Assembly (NCBI RefSeq): GCF_900107215.1
Contig: NZ_FNPD01000006.1
Coordinates: 49,403 to 113,402 of the forward strand
DNA length: 64,000 nt
Reading direction: 5' to 3'
Source: Acetomicrobium thermoterrenum DSM 13490
Lineage (GTDB): Bacteria > Synergistota > Synergistia > Synergistales > Acetomicrobiaceae
The first letter of the stretch is position 1. Each line of letters begins with the position of its first letter. Positions 20,159-30,693 of this stretch are shown piece by piece. The position numbers and the translations under genes are program-made. The notes under the pieces are model-generated. The model saw only the letters and a list, made by a program, of their open reading frames with translations, ran no database searches and was not told the DNA's origin.

Positions 20159-20950
20159 ATGAAAAAAAGTCACTTATTTAATTTGATTAAAAAATTGACT
20201 TTTATTGCGGTTGTTATAACTCTTATCTATCCTTCATACTTGACAAAAATATCAGGTGCTGAGGAAATAGAAGATCTTTTTGTAATTTACGGCGAAAAAG
20301 AACGTGGTGAGGGTCAAGGTCTGATACTGCAGAAAAATTTATTGGAAAAGGCTCCGAAGAATATGTCACAATACGACATGTGGCGTAGCCTTTTCGAGGA
20401 GGATGTAACGGAAGAGGAAAGGGCTGCTTTAGCTTTGAAGTTAATAGACGAGATTTATCCTCAGGGGAATCCGGCAAAATGGGACGAGATAGGGGGGCTG
20501 TGGATTCCACAGCTGGTTCCAAAACCGCTGGCAGCCTTTGATGCTCTTTATGTAGCAGTAGGATCGTTGCTGTCATTAAATAATGAGGGAGCTGCCTGGC
20601 TTGCTAGGAGCTTACTAGTTCAGCTTTATGAATCCAGAGGAGCCAGAATATACGGAATAAGGACTGCTCCAATAGAAGTCGTTGATATAATTGAAAAGCT
20701 GAAAGTGAGGGCACCCTTGCCGCCTATTGGGGGGTGGCCAAACCCTAAGGTCTTAGGGAGGCTTCCCTATGCAAGAAAAATATACGGATACATATCTGTC
20801 GATACCGCCCTTGTCCATGAAATGACCTTTCTCGATTCCCTTGGAAGGCCAAGAGGTGGATCCGGCGTTTATGCCTGGGATAGGGCGAGGGGTAGGATAT
20901 ACAACGTCAAAGGCGGGCGAAATGAGGACGAGATATGGCCAAATTTTTAA
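20159..20950 (+). CDS. Hypothetical exported or membrane-anchored protein
   Basis: N-terminal signal-anchor (LTFIAVVITLIYPSYL). No motif recognised. Confidence 0.4.
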   Translation: MKKSHLFNLIKKLTFIAVVITLIYPSYLTKISGAEEIEDLFVIYGEKERGEGQGLILQKNLLEKAPKNMSQYDMWRSLFEEDVTEEERAALALKLIDEIYPQGNPAKWDEIGGLWIPQLVPKPLAAFDALYVAVGSLLSLNNEGAAWLARSLLVQLYESRGARIYGIRTAPIEVVDIIEKLKVRAPLPPIGGWPNPKVLGRLPYARKIYGYISVDTALVHEMTFLDSLGRPRGGSGVYAWDRARGRIYNVKGGRNEDEIWPNF

Positions 20951-21003
20951 AGTATGTTAAAATAAAATTGTTTTTAAAAGACTATCGCATATAGAAGGAG
21001 GGA

Positions 21004-21402
21004 TTGGATATGAAATTTGAAACATTAATACAGTCAGGCGACTGGAAGGGTGAAAAACACGTTCCCGTTATCGAAGCTCCCGAAGAGGTGGCCTCGGGCG
21101 AAGCTTTTACCGTTACAGTTAGCGTCGGCAAGGAGATACCGCATCCCAATACTACAGAACATCATATAAGATGGATAAAGTTATTTTTTAAGGGAGAGGA
21201 CGAGAAATTTCCCTTTGAAATTGGTACATACGAGTTCAACGCCCACGGTGAGCACGTAAACGGCCCTAATACAGGCCCGGTCTATAGCGAGCCCTATGCG
21301 GTGGCAAAAATTAAACTCAACAAATCTGGCACGCTTTTGGTGATGTCTTATTGTAATATTCACGGGCTTTGGGAAAACTCCAAAGAGATAAAGGTTAAGT
21401 AG
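21004..21402 (+). CDS. sor: Superoxide reductase (neelaredoxin-type 1Fe-SOR)
   Basis: GDWKGEKHVPVIE, EIPHPNTTEHHIRWI and YCNIHGLWEN match Pyrococcus furiosus SOR almost residue for residue. Confidence 0.9.
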   Translation: MDMKFETLIQSGDWKGEKHVPVIEAPEEVASGEAFTVTVSVGKEIPHPNTTEHHIRWIKLFFKGEDEKFPFEIGTYEFNAHGEHVNGPNTGPVYSEPYAVAKIKLNKSGTLLVMSYCNIHGLWENSKEIKVK

Positions 21403-21434
21403 ATATTAACCATCACAATAATCAAATATAAACA

Positions 21435-21470
21435 AAATCATCCCCCGGTAAATTCCGGGGGATGATTTTG
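21435..21470. terminator. Bidirectional rho-independent terminator between convergent sor and lytic-transglycosylase genes
   Basis: AAAATCATCCCCCGG-taaatt-CCGGGGGATGATTTT perfect stem flanked by T/A runs. Confidence 0.75.
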
Positions 21471-21471
21471 T

Positions 21472-22194
21472 TTATAAGATCTCTTGAAGCGTCCTTAGGT
21501 GATTGTTAACTACGCTTTTATATTTAGAAGAAGCTTTCCCGTAATATCGGTCAAGGGCCTTATGTTCCGAGCCATAGGCTCTTATATAGCGGGATAACAG
21601 CAGGGCTCCGGCAGCTATTCCAAACTCCGGGTCATGCAGTAAGTTTTTCGATGTTATACCGTTGGCAGACAACAATCCTGCATGAATATCCCACATGACC
21701 TGCATCACGCCCACAGCCCCCTTTTTGCTCACCGCCTTGGGGTTAAAGTGACTTTCGGTATTGGCAACTGCCACCAACAGATCTTCCGAAATGCCATATT
21801 TTTTTCCATAGTGAACGAAAGCACAGGCTTCTCTCCACACCGTTTTTGAAGACAGCTTTGGGTTGGCTTTTTTTATGTGTCTGGCCAGCTTGGCTACTTT
21901 ATCCTGTTCCTCAGGGGGCATTTCTTCCAAGAATCTGAGGGACGAATTGGGGTGTTCTTCTTGCCACCGAAGTACGTCTTTGGGGGTATTTCCCATTGCA
22001 GTTAGGGCTTTAATGACTTGTTCCTGAAGATTTAACATTTTTTTTGCAGGTTCGTTGTTTACCACACTATCGCTTCGTGTCGTTATGGATAAAAATATAC
22101 TGAAAAATAGAAATATAGTTACGATCTTTATGATTCGAGAGCTGATATTCAGCGAATGTCTCAATATCATCACAACCTCCTTGAAAAATTGCAC
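21472..22194 (-). CDS. Soluble lytic transglycosylase (SLT domain) with N-terminal membrane anchor
   Basis: ESHFNPKAVSKKGAVGVMQV SLT catalytic motif. Confidence 0.75.
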   Translation of the reverse strand: MQFFKEVVMILRHSLNISSRIIKIVTIFLFFSIFLSITTRSDSVVNNEPAKKMLNLQEQVIKALTAMGNTPKDVLRWQEEHPNSSLRFLEEMPPEEQDKVAKLARHIKKANPKLSSKTVWREACAFVHYGKKYGISEDLLVAVANTESHFNPKAVSKKGAVGVMQVMWDIHAGLLSANGITSKNLLHDPEFGIAAGALLLSRYIRAYGSEHKALDRYYGKASSKYKSVVNNHLRTLQEIL

Positions 22195-22243
22195 TTATGG
22201 CCACGGAAGAGAGAAATTTCCCTTTGGCCTGTCTTAAAAACAC

Positions 22244-22269
22244 AATAGACCGCCCATGGGCGATCTATT
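22244..22269 (-). terminator. Putative terminator hairpin downstream of the pst-pho operon
   Basis: AATAGACCGCCCA/TGGGCGATCTATT near-perfect inverted repeat (1 mismatch), with an A-rich run on the forward side. Confidence 0.45.
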
Positions 22270-22342
22270 GTATACAACAAAATAAGTGGATTATATTTGT
22301 AAATCTGATTTTACATGTTTTGCTGGATTTTGCCAACCCGAC

Positions 22343-24157
22343 TTAATCTTTTTTACGTAGTTTCGGCAAACTTACAAGAAAGGTGGTAGGGTCTATAGGC
22401 GATTTTAACTCTATGATTCCTCCGTGTCCTTCTATTATATTTTTCGCTATGGCAAGGCCAAGACCGTAGCCCGCTGATTTTTCTCTGTATCCTGTTTTAA
22501 AGGAGCCTCTCTTAAACCTGGCGAAGATATCTTCAGTCATGTTCGACGGTACTCCTACGCCGTTGTCCGATATGCTCACATGCCAAAAATTTTTGTTCTC
22601 ATCTAGGGATATACAGATAAGTCCTCCCTTTTGGTCCTTGAATTTTTGCTGTGTATATTTGACCGCGTTATCGATTATATTGCCCAAGGCCTTTTTTATA
22701 GCGTCGTAGGAGGCTTCTATGGGAGCGCGAGAGAAGGGTATGTCCACCTTCCATTCTATATATCTGACCTGCGGGTAGCCTTTATATTCACTCACCAGAT
22801 CTTTAAGTATTGAGACGATATCTACGGTCTCTCTTTCTCCCATTGTAATTGTAGTTTGTTGGCTTTCAAGTTTAGCGAGATACAGAAGGTCGTCTACCAA
22901 CCTGGAGAGTCGATCCTGTTGTTCTGCGATTTTTTGCAACAATTTTTCACGCTCGGAGGTCTCCATATTGGGATTACATGCCAAAATTTCCGTTGCGGCC
23001 TTTATTACGGTGAGAGGGGTTTGAAACTCGTGGCTTGCATCGGCGATGAAGTTCCTTCTGGCGATTTCCATTTGCTTCTGATCGGTGGTGTCTGTGATCA
23101 AGAAGAGATAACCCTTTTCTAGACGCTTTGCTTTGCAATTTAAGTATCTTTTATTCTGATTGGTTACTTCAATGGTCGATTCCGCTTCGGATCTTTCTTT
23201 TAATTCGTCGTAAAGTTCTATCAGTTTGGGAAGGCCTATTATACCTATGAATAGTTTATTGATGTAATCGCCTTGAGCCATATCCAACATATCTATCGTG
23301 CTTTTGTTAAGATAGAGTATCTTCCCCTCGCTGTCTATCAGGATGACGCCTGCGGGGAGATAGTCTATCAATTGTTTTAGATTGTTTCTCTGTTGATTTA
23401 ATAGTTTTAAAGTGTTTTGCAGATTTTCCGCCATCTCTCTCAAGCTCTTCGCTAAATTCGATATCTCTGGAGGGCCGATGAGAGAAAACCTGGCCTCTTT
23501 TCCCTCTGCGAGTTTTGATGCTACGCCGGACAATTCTTCCAAGGGGGTTAATATTTTTCTTATAATAAAATGGCTTAGTAAAACAGCAAAAAAAGAAAGG
23601 ATCAACATCAGCAGGAAAAAGTATAAATTTAAGCCCCCTTTTACCGAGGTCAACAGATTTAATGATCGGGATAACACTACGATCAATTCTTCATCGCTCA
23701 AGGAAATTTTTTTCAACATGTGGGTCAAATAGGTTCTCTTTGCTCTATTGTAAATACTGTCGAAGACCAGCGGTTCTTTTAAAGCTCTTTGAAAATCAGC
23801 GCTCCCCGATAAATATTCTATTTTTGCCTTTTCCGGCTTGCTATCCCATATTATTTTTCCAGTTAAATCGTAAAGAGATATTCTGTCTGAATGGGCAAAA
23901 TTTTTTTGGGCTAAAAAACGGATGGCCTCCGATCGATTTAGCTTTGCAATTGATTTCTCAATATTCTCTAGCGTGAGGCTCTGTTCTTCGAAGGCCTGAT
24001 TTATCAATGAATTTTGAAATGCTTTAGAAGATAAATACCACGATGAGCATATTGTGAGTAAGACTAGAAAGACCGTGAAGAATACTATCTGCCCCTTAAT
24101 GCTTTTCATCATTGATGTCACCGCCGAGCCTGTAGCCTCGATGTCTGACAGTTTCAA
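22343..24157 (-). CDS. phoR: Sensor histidine kinase (transmembrane, HAMP, PAS, HisKA, HATPase), PhoR-like
   Basis: H-box ADASHEFQTPL and G-boxes GYGLGLAIAKNIIEGHGG. Last gene of the pst-phoU-phoB operon. Start may be MMKSIK at 24112. Confidence 0.8.
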   Translation of the reverse strand: MKLSDIEATGSAVTSMMKSIKGQIVFFTVFLVLLTICSSWYLSSKAFQNSLINQAFEEQSLTLENIEKSIAKLNRSEAIRFLAQKNFAHSDRISLYDLTGKIIWDSKPEKAKIEYLSGSADFQRALKEPLVFDSIYNRAKRTYLTHMLKKISLSDEELIVVLSRSLNLLTSVKGGLNLYFFLLMLILSFFAVLLSHFIIRKILTPLEELSGVASKLAEGKEARFSLIGPPEISNLAKSLREMAENLQNTLKLLNQQRNNLKQLIDYLPAGVILIDSEGKILYLNKSTIDMLDMAQGDYINKLFIGIIGLPKLIELYDELKERSEAESTIEVTNQNKRYLNCKAKRLEKGYLFLITDTTDQKQMEIARRNFIADASHEFQTPLTVIKAATEILACNPNMETSEREKLLQKIAEQQDRLSRLVDDLLYLAKLESQQTTITMGERETVDIVSILKDLVSEYKGYPQVRYIEWKVDIPFSRAPIEASYDAIKKALGNIIDNAVKYTQQKFKDQKGGLICISLDENKNFWHVSISDNGVGVPSNMTEDIFARFKRGSFKTGYREKSAGYGLGLAIAKNIIEGHGGIIELKSPIDPTTFLVSLPKLRKKD

Positions 24158-24806
24158 TTAGGTTGAAGTTCAAGCCAGCCTTCTTGACCTTCGTCCTCAA
24201 TCTGCTTATATGAACGTCTATGGTCCTGGTCTCTCCAAGATATGTCCCCCACACCTTCGCCAGCAGCTGTTCCCTCGAGACTATCTTTGGTGCATTTTTC
24301 ATCAATATCTTTATCAGCTCAGTCTCTATGGGGGTTAGTACTATCTTTATATCCTCGTATGTCAGGATATCCGCATCAGCAATGAGTTCCAGCTTACCAA
24401 GCTTTATCGTTTCATTTTGAGGGGAAGCTGGATGGGCTCTGCGAAGGATGGTCTTAATTCTCGCGTGAAGTTCAGCCAGGGAAAAAGGTTTTTTTACGTA
24501 ATCGTCGGCACCAAGCTCTAAACCTTCAATGACGTCTCTTTCGTCGCGCCTTGCGGTCAGGATAATTATGGGTATATCCTTCGTTATGGGGTCTTTTTTA
24601 AGCCTCCTGCACACTTCCCAGCCGTCCATAATTGGCAACATGAGGTCTAATATGATCAAATCCGGCAACGACTCGTAACAAATCTCCAAAGCCCTATCTC
24701 CGTCTGCGGCCTTTATTATTTCATATCTCTGCATTGAGAGGTATTGGCTTAGGAGGGAAGCTATATTCTCTTCGTCTTCTACGAGAAGTATTTTTTCACC
24801 GCTCAA
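24096..24806 (-). CDS. phoB: OmpR/PhoB-family response regulator
   Basis: Receiver domain (LLVEDEENIA, DLIILDLMLP) plus winged-helix (RLRTKV, RGYRL). Confidence 0.85.
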   Translation of the reverse strand: MSGEKILLVEDEENIASLLSQYLSMQRYEIIKAADGDRALEICYESLPDLIILDLMLPIMDGWEVCRRLKKDPITKDIPIIILTARRDERDVIEGLELGADDYVKKPFSLAELHARIKTILRRAHPASPQNETIKLGKLELIADADILTYEDIKIVLTPIETELIKILMKNAPKIVSREQLLAKVWGTYLGETRTIDVHISRLRTKVKKAGLNFNLIETVRHRGYRLGGDINDEKH

Positions 24807-25498
24807 GAGTTTTCCTCCCTAGGCCTCCTTATTTGTGAGGCACTTATCTTTTTCCCGGTGACTATATAGATAACCCTTTCAGCTAAATTTGTAGCATGAT
24901 CTCCGGCTCTTTCAAGCGTTCGGGCGACAAGAAGAAGCTCGGTTGCCTGTTCTATTACTTGCGGTCTTTCTATCATGATCAACAGAAGTTCGCGGAATAT
25001 CTGGCGCTCAAGATCGTCAACTTCATCGTCCATACGACATACATCCTCGGCATTTTTCGTATCCTTTTCCATCAGGGCATTAAGGGCGAGAAAGACCATT
25101 TTACGTATGTCGCTTTCCATTCTAGGTATATCCAGGAGAGGTTTTATATGGGGTCTGTCGGAAAGCTTGATCGCCCTTTTTGCGATGCTTGCGCCGTAAT
25201 CGCCTATACGCTCTAAGTCGACTGCCATATGCATTATTGCCGATACCGTCCTCAAATCCTGTCCCAAGGGTTGAAATCTGGCCATAAACGTCAAACAACT
25301 CATGTCGATATCTTCGGCCATATCGTCAAGATTTTTGTCGCCCTCTATTACTGCCTTGGCCTTTTCTACATCCTGTTCTTTTAAAGCAAGAACCGATTGA
25401 GATACGGCATCTATGGCCAGCTTGCCAAGTTTTAAGAGTTTTTCCTCCAGATTTTTTAATTCTAGGTCTATATGCTCTCTAACGTTAATATCCATCAC
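24803..25498 (-). CDS. phoU: Phosphate-transport regulatory protein PhoU
   Basis: Two PhoU repeats with (E/D)xxxD motifs. Position between pstB and phoB. Confidence 0.85.
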   Translation of the reverse strand: MMDINVREHIDLELKNLEEKLLKLGKLAIDAVSQSVLALKEQDVEKAKAVIEGDKNLDDMAEDIDMSCLTFMARFQPLGQDLRTVSAIMHMAVDLERIGDYGASIAKRAIKLSDRPHIKPLLDIPRMESDIRKMVFLALNALMEKDTKNAEDVCRMDDEVDDLERQIFRELLLIMIERPQVIEQATELLLVARTLERAGDHATNLAERVIYIVTGKKISASQIRRPREENS

Positions 25499-25541
25499 TC
25501 CATCACCGACCCTCTTATGTTAATTAAAATTTGGTTATATT

Positions 25542-26315
25542 TTATCCGAAACGACCCGTGATGTAATCGGCAGTGCGCTGGTCTTCGGGAGAGGTGAATA
25601 TTTTTTCCGTAGGCCCCATTTCCACCAGTTCTCCCATCAGAAGAAATGCTGTCACGTCGGAAATCCTTGCAGCCTGCTGCATATTGTGCGTCACGATCAC
25701 TATCGTGAAATGATTTTTCAAGTTTCTTATCAACTGTTCAATGCGGGCAGTGGCCATAGGGTCTAACGCAGAAGTTGGTTCGTCCATTAAAAGCACCTCA
25801 GGATTTACGGCGATAGCCCTTGCCACGCACAGACGCTGCTGTTGTCCTCCCGACAGGGACAAAGCCGACCTGGTGAGTATATCCTTGACTTCATCCCAAA
25901 GGGCAGATGCTTTTAAACTGTTTTCTACAATTTCGTCCAACCTGTTTCTGTCGGTTACACCGTGGAGGCGAGGTCCGAAGGCCACATTGTCATAAATAGA
26001 CATGGGGAAGGGGTTTGGTCTTTGAAAGACCATTCCCACCTTTTTGCGAAGCTCGATTAAATCCACGCCTGGAGAGTAAATATCGGTATCGTCCAGGTAA
26101 ATCCTGCCTTCGACTTTTGCGTTTGGCACGAAATCGTTCATCCTGTTGAGACATCTTAGCAGACTGCTTTTTCCGCACCCTGAGGGTCCTATGAGAGCCG
26201 TTACGCTTTTGTTAGGTATTTTCATGTTTATGTCTTTTAACGCCATAACGCCTTCATAATAAAGGAATAAATTTTCGATTTTCATTTTCATGATGTCCCT
26301 CGTAATGTCGCTCAT
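25542..26315 (-). CDS. pstB: Phosphate ABC transporter ATP-binding protein
   Basis: Walker [13 protein letters not shown] signature LSGGQQQRL, Walker [12 protein letters not shown]. Confidence 0.9.
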   Translation of the reverse strand: MSDITRDIMKMKIENLFLYYEGVMALKDINMKIPNKSVTALIGPSGCGKSSLLRCLNRMNDFVPNAKVEGRIYLDDTDIYSPGVDLIELRKKVGMVFQRPNPFPMSIYDNVAFGPRLHGVTDRNRLDEIVENSLKASALWDEVKDILTRSALSLSGGQQQRLCVARAIAVNPEVLLMDEPTSALDPMATARIEQLIRNLKNHFTIVIVTHNMQQAARISDVTAFLLMGELVEMGPTEKIFTSPEDQRTADYITGRFG

Positions 26316-26334
26316 ATTAAAAAACCTTCCTTTG

Positions 26335-27210
26335 CTACATTAAGTAACGTCTACGGCTTAATCTGGCGCGCATTATAATGCCTACTAAAGTGATTCCCAA
26401 GACCAAAATGAGCAAGACCAAAATTGCGCCATATTGAAGCGGTCGTGTCTTGTCTATAGATGTGCCTGCAGTAGCCAAAACGTAAACGTGAAAGGGAAGG
26501 GCCATGACTTCCTGAAACAGGCTTTTTGCAATTCCGGGCGTGAAAAAGGCTGCGCCTGTAAACATAATAGGTGCCGTTTCCCCTGCGACGCGGCCAACGG
26601 ACAGTATGGCACCAGTGAGGATGGATGGCATAGCCGTAGGAACTACTACCTTACTGATAGTCTGCCACTTGGAGGCACCAAGGGCATAAGATGCATATCG
26701 AAGGCTTTTGGGGACGGCAAAGAGCGCCGTTTCGGCTGCGCCCACTATAAGCGGTAGGGCAATACAGCCCAAAGTGAGTCCTGCCGATAAGAGGGATGGA
26801 TTGAACTTAAGCATTATGCAGAAAAAGGAAAGTCCGAAAAGACCATAGACTATTGAGGGAACTCCCGCCAAGCTCCTTATGGCCAGTCTCAGTGTTGTTG
26901 TGAATATATCGTCTCTGGCGTACTCCACCAAATATATGGCCGTACAAATTCCGACAGGAAGGGAAAAGGCAATGGAGACCAGTATTAGCTGTACGGTTCC
27001 CACGATCGGTGTTAATATACCGCCCTCCGTCATAGAATTTCTGGGCGGTTGTGTTAAAAATTCTATAGACAAGGCTCCGGCTCCCTGGACGATCACGAAA
27101 CCCAAAATGCCGAATAAAATAAGTATCACAGCGAACATAGAGGCCCACAATATAAAGGTCAATGATTTGTCCTTTAACTTTCTTCCCATCAATGCAATTG
27201 CCACCTCCAT
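26335..27210 (-). CDS. pstA: Phosphate ABC transporter permease PstA
   Basis: Six-transmembrane permease with EAA-like loop. Synteny. Confidence 0.85.
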   Translation of the reverse strand: MEVAIALMGRKLKDKSLTFILWASMFAVILILFGILGFVIVQGAGALSIEFLTQPPRNSMTEGGILTPIVGTVQLILVSIAFSLPVGICTAIYLVEYARDDIFTTTLRLAIRSLAGVPSIVYGLFGLSFFCIMLKFNPSLLSAGLTLGCIALPLIVGAAETALFAVPKSLRYASYALGASKWQTISKVVVPTAMPSILTGAILSVGRVAGETAPIMFTGAAFFTPGIAKSLFQEVMALPFHVYVLATAGTSIDKTRPLQYGAILVLLILVLGITLVGIIMRARLSRRRYLM

Positions 27211-28070
27211 CGCTTTTCTACCCAGATGGCCGCAAAATTAAGCGCCAGGGTCATTAACAATAAGAGTAATCCGGCAAAGAAAAGAGCGTGATAATGAGGA
27301 GAACCGACTGGGGTTTCGCCCATTTCGGCAGCTATAGTAGACGTCAGAGGCCTTATGGGATCGAATAAACTCCTTGGGATAATGGCTGCCCCTCCTGCGG
27401 CCATTAAAACCACCATGGTTTCACCAATTGCCCTCATCATGCCAAGTAGACAGGCCTGCATGATACCGGGCAATGCGGCGGGTAGGACCACTCTGGTGAT
27501 TGTCTCCTGCCTTGTGGCTCCCAGGGCAAAGGAGGCGTCCCTAATGTCGGAAGGTACGGAAGAAATCGCGTCGTCAGCCAGCGACCCAGTTATAGGTATG
27601 ATTAGGATGCCCAGAAGTAGGGAGGCGTTGAAAAGGTTTAATCCAGAGACCAGCTCAAAGGTATTTTGAAGCCAGGGGGCCAAAAGGACCATTCCGACGA
27701 AACCCAGCACCACAGAAGGTAAAAAACCAAGCATTTCGAGCAGAGGTTTCATTATATTTCTTAAAGGGGATGGGCAAATTTCGGATAAGTATATGGCGAC
27801 CAGAACGCTTAATGGAAGGGCGAAGAGGGACGACAGAATAGTTACGGCCAATGACCCCGCTATTAAAGGGAGCATTCCAAAATCCGGAGGAGAGTAAGTG
27901 GGATACCAATATAATCCGAATAAAAGCTCCTTGAGCGACGTCGATTTTAAAACCGGGATTCCTTCCTTTATCAAGAAAAACAAGATAAATATAAGGATAA
28001 AGATACCCACCATAGCTATGCCGCTTATAATGGTCCTGGCTATGAGATCCCGTTGCTTTCTATCCCTCAA
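27189..28070 (-). CDS. pstC: Phosphate ABC transporter permease PstC
   Basis: Polytopic permease and first gene of the operon. No pstS is adjacent. Confidence 0.85.
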   Translation of the reverse strand: MRDRKQRDLIARTIISGIAMVGIFILIFILFFLIKEGIPVLKSTSLKELLFGLYWYPTYSPPDFGMLPLIAGSLAVTILSSLFALPLSVLVAIYLSEICPSPLRNIMKPLLEMLGFLPSVVLGFVGMVLLAPWLQNTFELVSGLNLFNASLLLGILIIPITGSLADDAISSVPSDIRDASFALGATRQETITRVVLPAALPGIMQACLLGMMRAIGETMVVLMAAGGAAIIPRSLFDPIRPLTSTIAAEMGETPVGSPHYHALFFAGLLLLLMTLALNFAAIWVEKRWRWQLH

Positions 28071-28363
28071 ATCAGAACTTCCTCCTTTTGGATAACTGAC
28101 TTACGCTTCTATAAAGCTTCATGAAAAATTCATGCCTGTACATACTTATGAAAACAATAACATTCGCTAAGAGCTTATCATATTCTATGTAACAACAATT
28201 TTACAAAATTGTAAAACCAACGTTACTTTAAAAACAGTCTTTTTTGGCGTCACGCCGCCGTATAGTTTCAGTACTGGCAGGAAATATCCGAAAAAGTTTG
28301 TTGTCTTGGCATTTTCGGCTTTAGGGTGTTAAATTTTGTTGGGTTCCTGGAATAAAACTGGAG

Positions 28364-29833
28364 GTGTTGATGTTGAAAGTTTACAAAAGCTCAGCGAGGC
28401 CAAGCGAGGTGAGCTCGCAGGCATTGGGTATTTTCGTCTTTGAAGGCAAAATTGAGGAGTCTTTGAAAGAGCTTGAAGGTTTGGGCAAGAGGGTCAAAAG
28501 ACAGGCGGAACATGAGCACTTTACCGGTAAGAAGGAAAGTTTGCTCAAAGTCACTTTTTCCGAAGGCCCGACGCCCAGGGTTTTTCTGGCGGGATTGGGA
28601 CAAGAATCGAAAGCGAGAATAGACGATTACAGGGTTGCTGCTGCAATTGTAACGAAGGCCGCTTTAGAATCATATGTCGGAGAACTATATCTTTACTCTC
28701 CAAAAATTAACCCTCCCATTTCACAGGCCTTTGCCGAGGGGGCTTTGCTCGGCGCCTACAAGTTCGACCGATATAAAACCGATGGCCGAAAGGAGGAAGA
28801 TAAAGGGAAAATTGATGACCTCTATATAATAAATGGCGACGACGATGCCATCGAAAGAGGCGTCCTTTTTGCCTGCGGACAGAATTATGCCAGGGATTTG
28901 GCGAACGAGCCTCCAAACCTTGTCAACCCAGCCACCTTGGCGAAGGCGGCCGTTGATTTGGCTGATGATATGGGCTTGGAATGCGAGATATACGACGAAG
29001 TAGAGTTGGAACGCATGGGCATGAATGCCCTCCTTGCTGTCGGGAGGGGATCTGCTAATCCACCCAGGTTGATCCACCTGACGTACAAGCCGTCGTCCAG
29101 GCCTTTAAAGAAAATTGCCCTTGTCGGAAAGGGGCTCACCTTCGATAGCGGCGGATTGGATATAAAAACCTCAGAGAACATGAGGACCATGAAGGGTGAT
29201 AAAACGGGAGCATGTGTCGTCTTGGGAGCGATGAGAAGCCTTGTCAAGTTAAATTTGCCGATGGAAGTGCACGCCTTGATAGGAGCCGTTGAGAACATGC
29301 CGAGCGGTTCGTCATATAAACCCGATGATATAATCAAAACCTATACAGGAAAGACCATAGAGATCGATAACACCGACGCCGAAGGGCGGGTGACTATGGC
29401 AGATGTGTTGGGTTTTGCCTCGAAGTTAAATCCCTCTTGCATGGTCGATATTGCTACTCTTACGGGAGGTTGTGCCGTAGCCCTGGGTCCTTACAGGGCA
29501 GGAATATTTGCGAACGATCAAGCCCTTTGCAACGCATTGCTCGATGCGTCGTCCTTCACGGGAGAAATGCTCTGGCAGCTTCCCATGGACGACGAGCGCT
29601 TGAGAAAGCGCTTGGATTCGCCCTTTGCCGATGTGGCCAATTCAGCGGGAAGATATGGAAGCGCCATCACTGCTGCCATGTTTTTGAGAGAGTTTGTGCC
29701 CGAAGACATTCCCTGGGCTCATATCGATATAGCAGGCGTAAGTTACTATAAGGAGCCTTTCGGGTACTACTCCAGCGGAATATCGGGGTTCGGCACCAGA
29801 ACGATATTGCAATGGCTTTACCGGTTGCAATAA
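28364..29833 (+). CDS. pepA: Leucyl aminopeptidase (M17, PepA)
   Basis: NTDAEGRV motif, VGKGLTFDSGG and MKGDKTGA. ATG at 28370 with GGAGG 5 nt upstream is the more likely start than the track's 28364. Confidence 0.9.
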   Translation: MLMLKVYKSSARPSEVSSQALGIFVFEGKIEESLKELEGLGKRVKRQAEHEHFTGKKESLLKVTFSEGPTPRVFLAGLGQESKARIDDYRVAAAIVTKAALESYVGELYLYSPKINPPISQAFAEGALLGAYKFDRYKTDGRKEEDKGKIDDLYIINGDDDAIERGVLFACGQNYARDLANEPPNLVNPATLAKAAVDLADDMGLECEIYDEVELERMGMNALLAVGRGSANPPRLIHLTYKPSSRPLKKIALVGKGLTFDSGGLDIKTSENMRTMKGDKTGACVVLGAMRSLVKLNLPMEVHALIGAVENMPSGSSYKPDDIIKTYTGKTIEIDNTDAEGRVTMADVLGFASKLNPSCMVDIATLTGGCAVALGPYRAGIFANDQALCNALLDASSFTGEMLWQLPMDDERLRKRLDSPFADVANSAGRYGSAITAAMFLREFVPEDIPWAHIDIAGVSYYKEPFGYYSSGISGFGTRTILQWLYRLQ

Positions 29834-29916
29834 AAAGCCCAAAGGCCCATACAGGAGTTTGATGGTAAGGATCCCTTCTCCTTACGCTCCCTAAAAAATT
29901 CATTTTGAAGGAGCGC

Positions 29917-30564
29917 TTAATAACGTGTCGATACTTCTGCCGCCTTGTTTCTTACATGGATAAGCCTTCTGTCGGTTGGAGGATGCGAATTAAAGCCGCT
30001 GGGACTGGTCTCGTAACCTGCCTCTTTCATCTTTTCCAGTGCCCTAACCAAACCCCATGGATCGTAACCGGCCCTGGCGGCCAACTCTATGCCGTAGTCG
30101 TCTGCTTCCACTTCCTGCTCACGGCTAAAACCGGATTCTGCAAGGGCGTAGCCAATGTCCAAAGGATCTATGCCCGAAGAACTTCCCACCTTGCGGAACA
30201 AGAGGCCCCATAAAATGCTTCGGGTGACCGTTCTGCTGTAGTGATTGAGTTTTATGTGTCCGATCTCGTGGGCCAGCACGCCCGCAAGCTCATCTTCGCT
30301 GTCCAGCAATTCGAGCATTCCCTTTGTCACCGTTATCGAATACTTATTCAAGGAAAAAGAGACCCAGGCGTTCGGCTCCTTTTGGTCGACGACAGCGATT
30401 GGAGCAGAAGGATCGATTCCGGCTGTTTTTGCCAATTTCGCCCAAACACTTTTTACCGAATCGGGTTCCAGCGCAGCCAATGAAGCGTTAGCCGAAAGAA
30501 ATATAATAATTACCGCCCCAACGAGGAAAGAGCGTGCAAATTTTTTCATTTTTATCACCCCCAT
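29917..30564 (-). CDS. M48-family zinc metallopeptidase (small, exported)
   Basis: HEIGHIKLNH (HExxH), signal peptide, downstream EADDYG-type third ligand. Confidence 0.7.
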   Translation of the reverse strand: MGVIKMKKFARSFLVGAVIIIFLSANASLAALEPDSVKSVWAKLAKTAGIDPSAPIAVVDQKEPNAWVSFSLNKYSITVTKGMLELLDSEDELAGVLAHEIGHIKLNHYSRTVTRSILWGLLFRKVGSSSGIDPLDIGYALAESGFSREQEVEADDYGIELAARAGYDPWGLVRALEKMKEAGYETSPSGFNSHPPTDRRLIHVRNKAAEVSTRY

Positions 30565-30693
30565 CCATAGTGGGGTAAATTTCTAGATTTATTTTAATTC
30601 TCATTTCCAATATTAATTCTAATATTTTATACTGGAATTGAAAATGGGAATTTTTACGTAGGATGGAGGGATGAAGGCCTTTGATTCTCGGAG

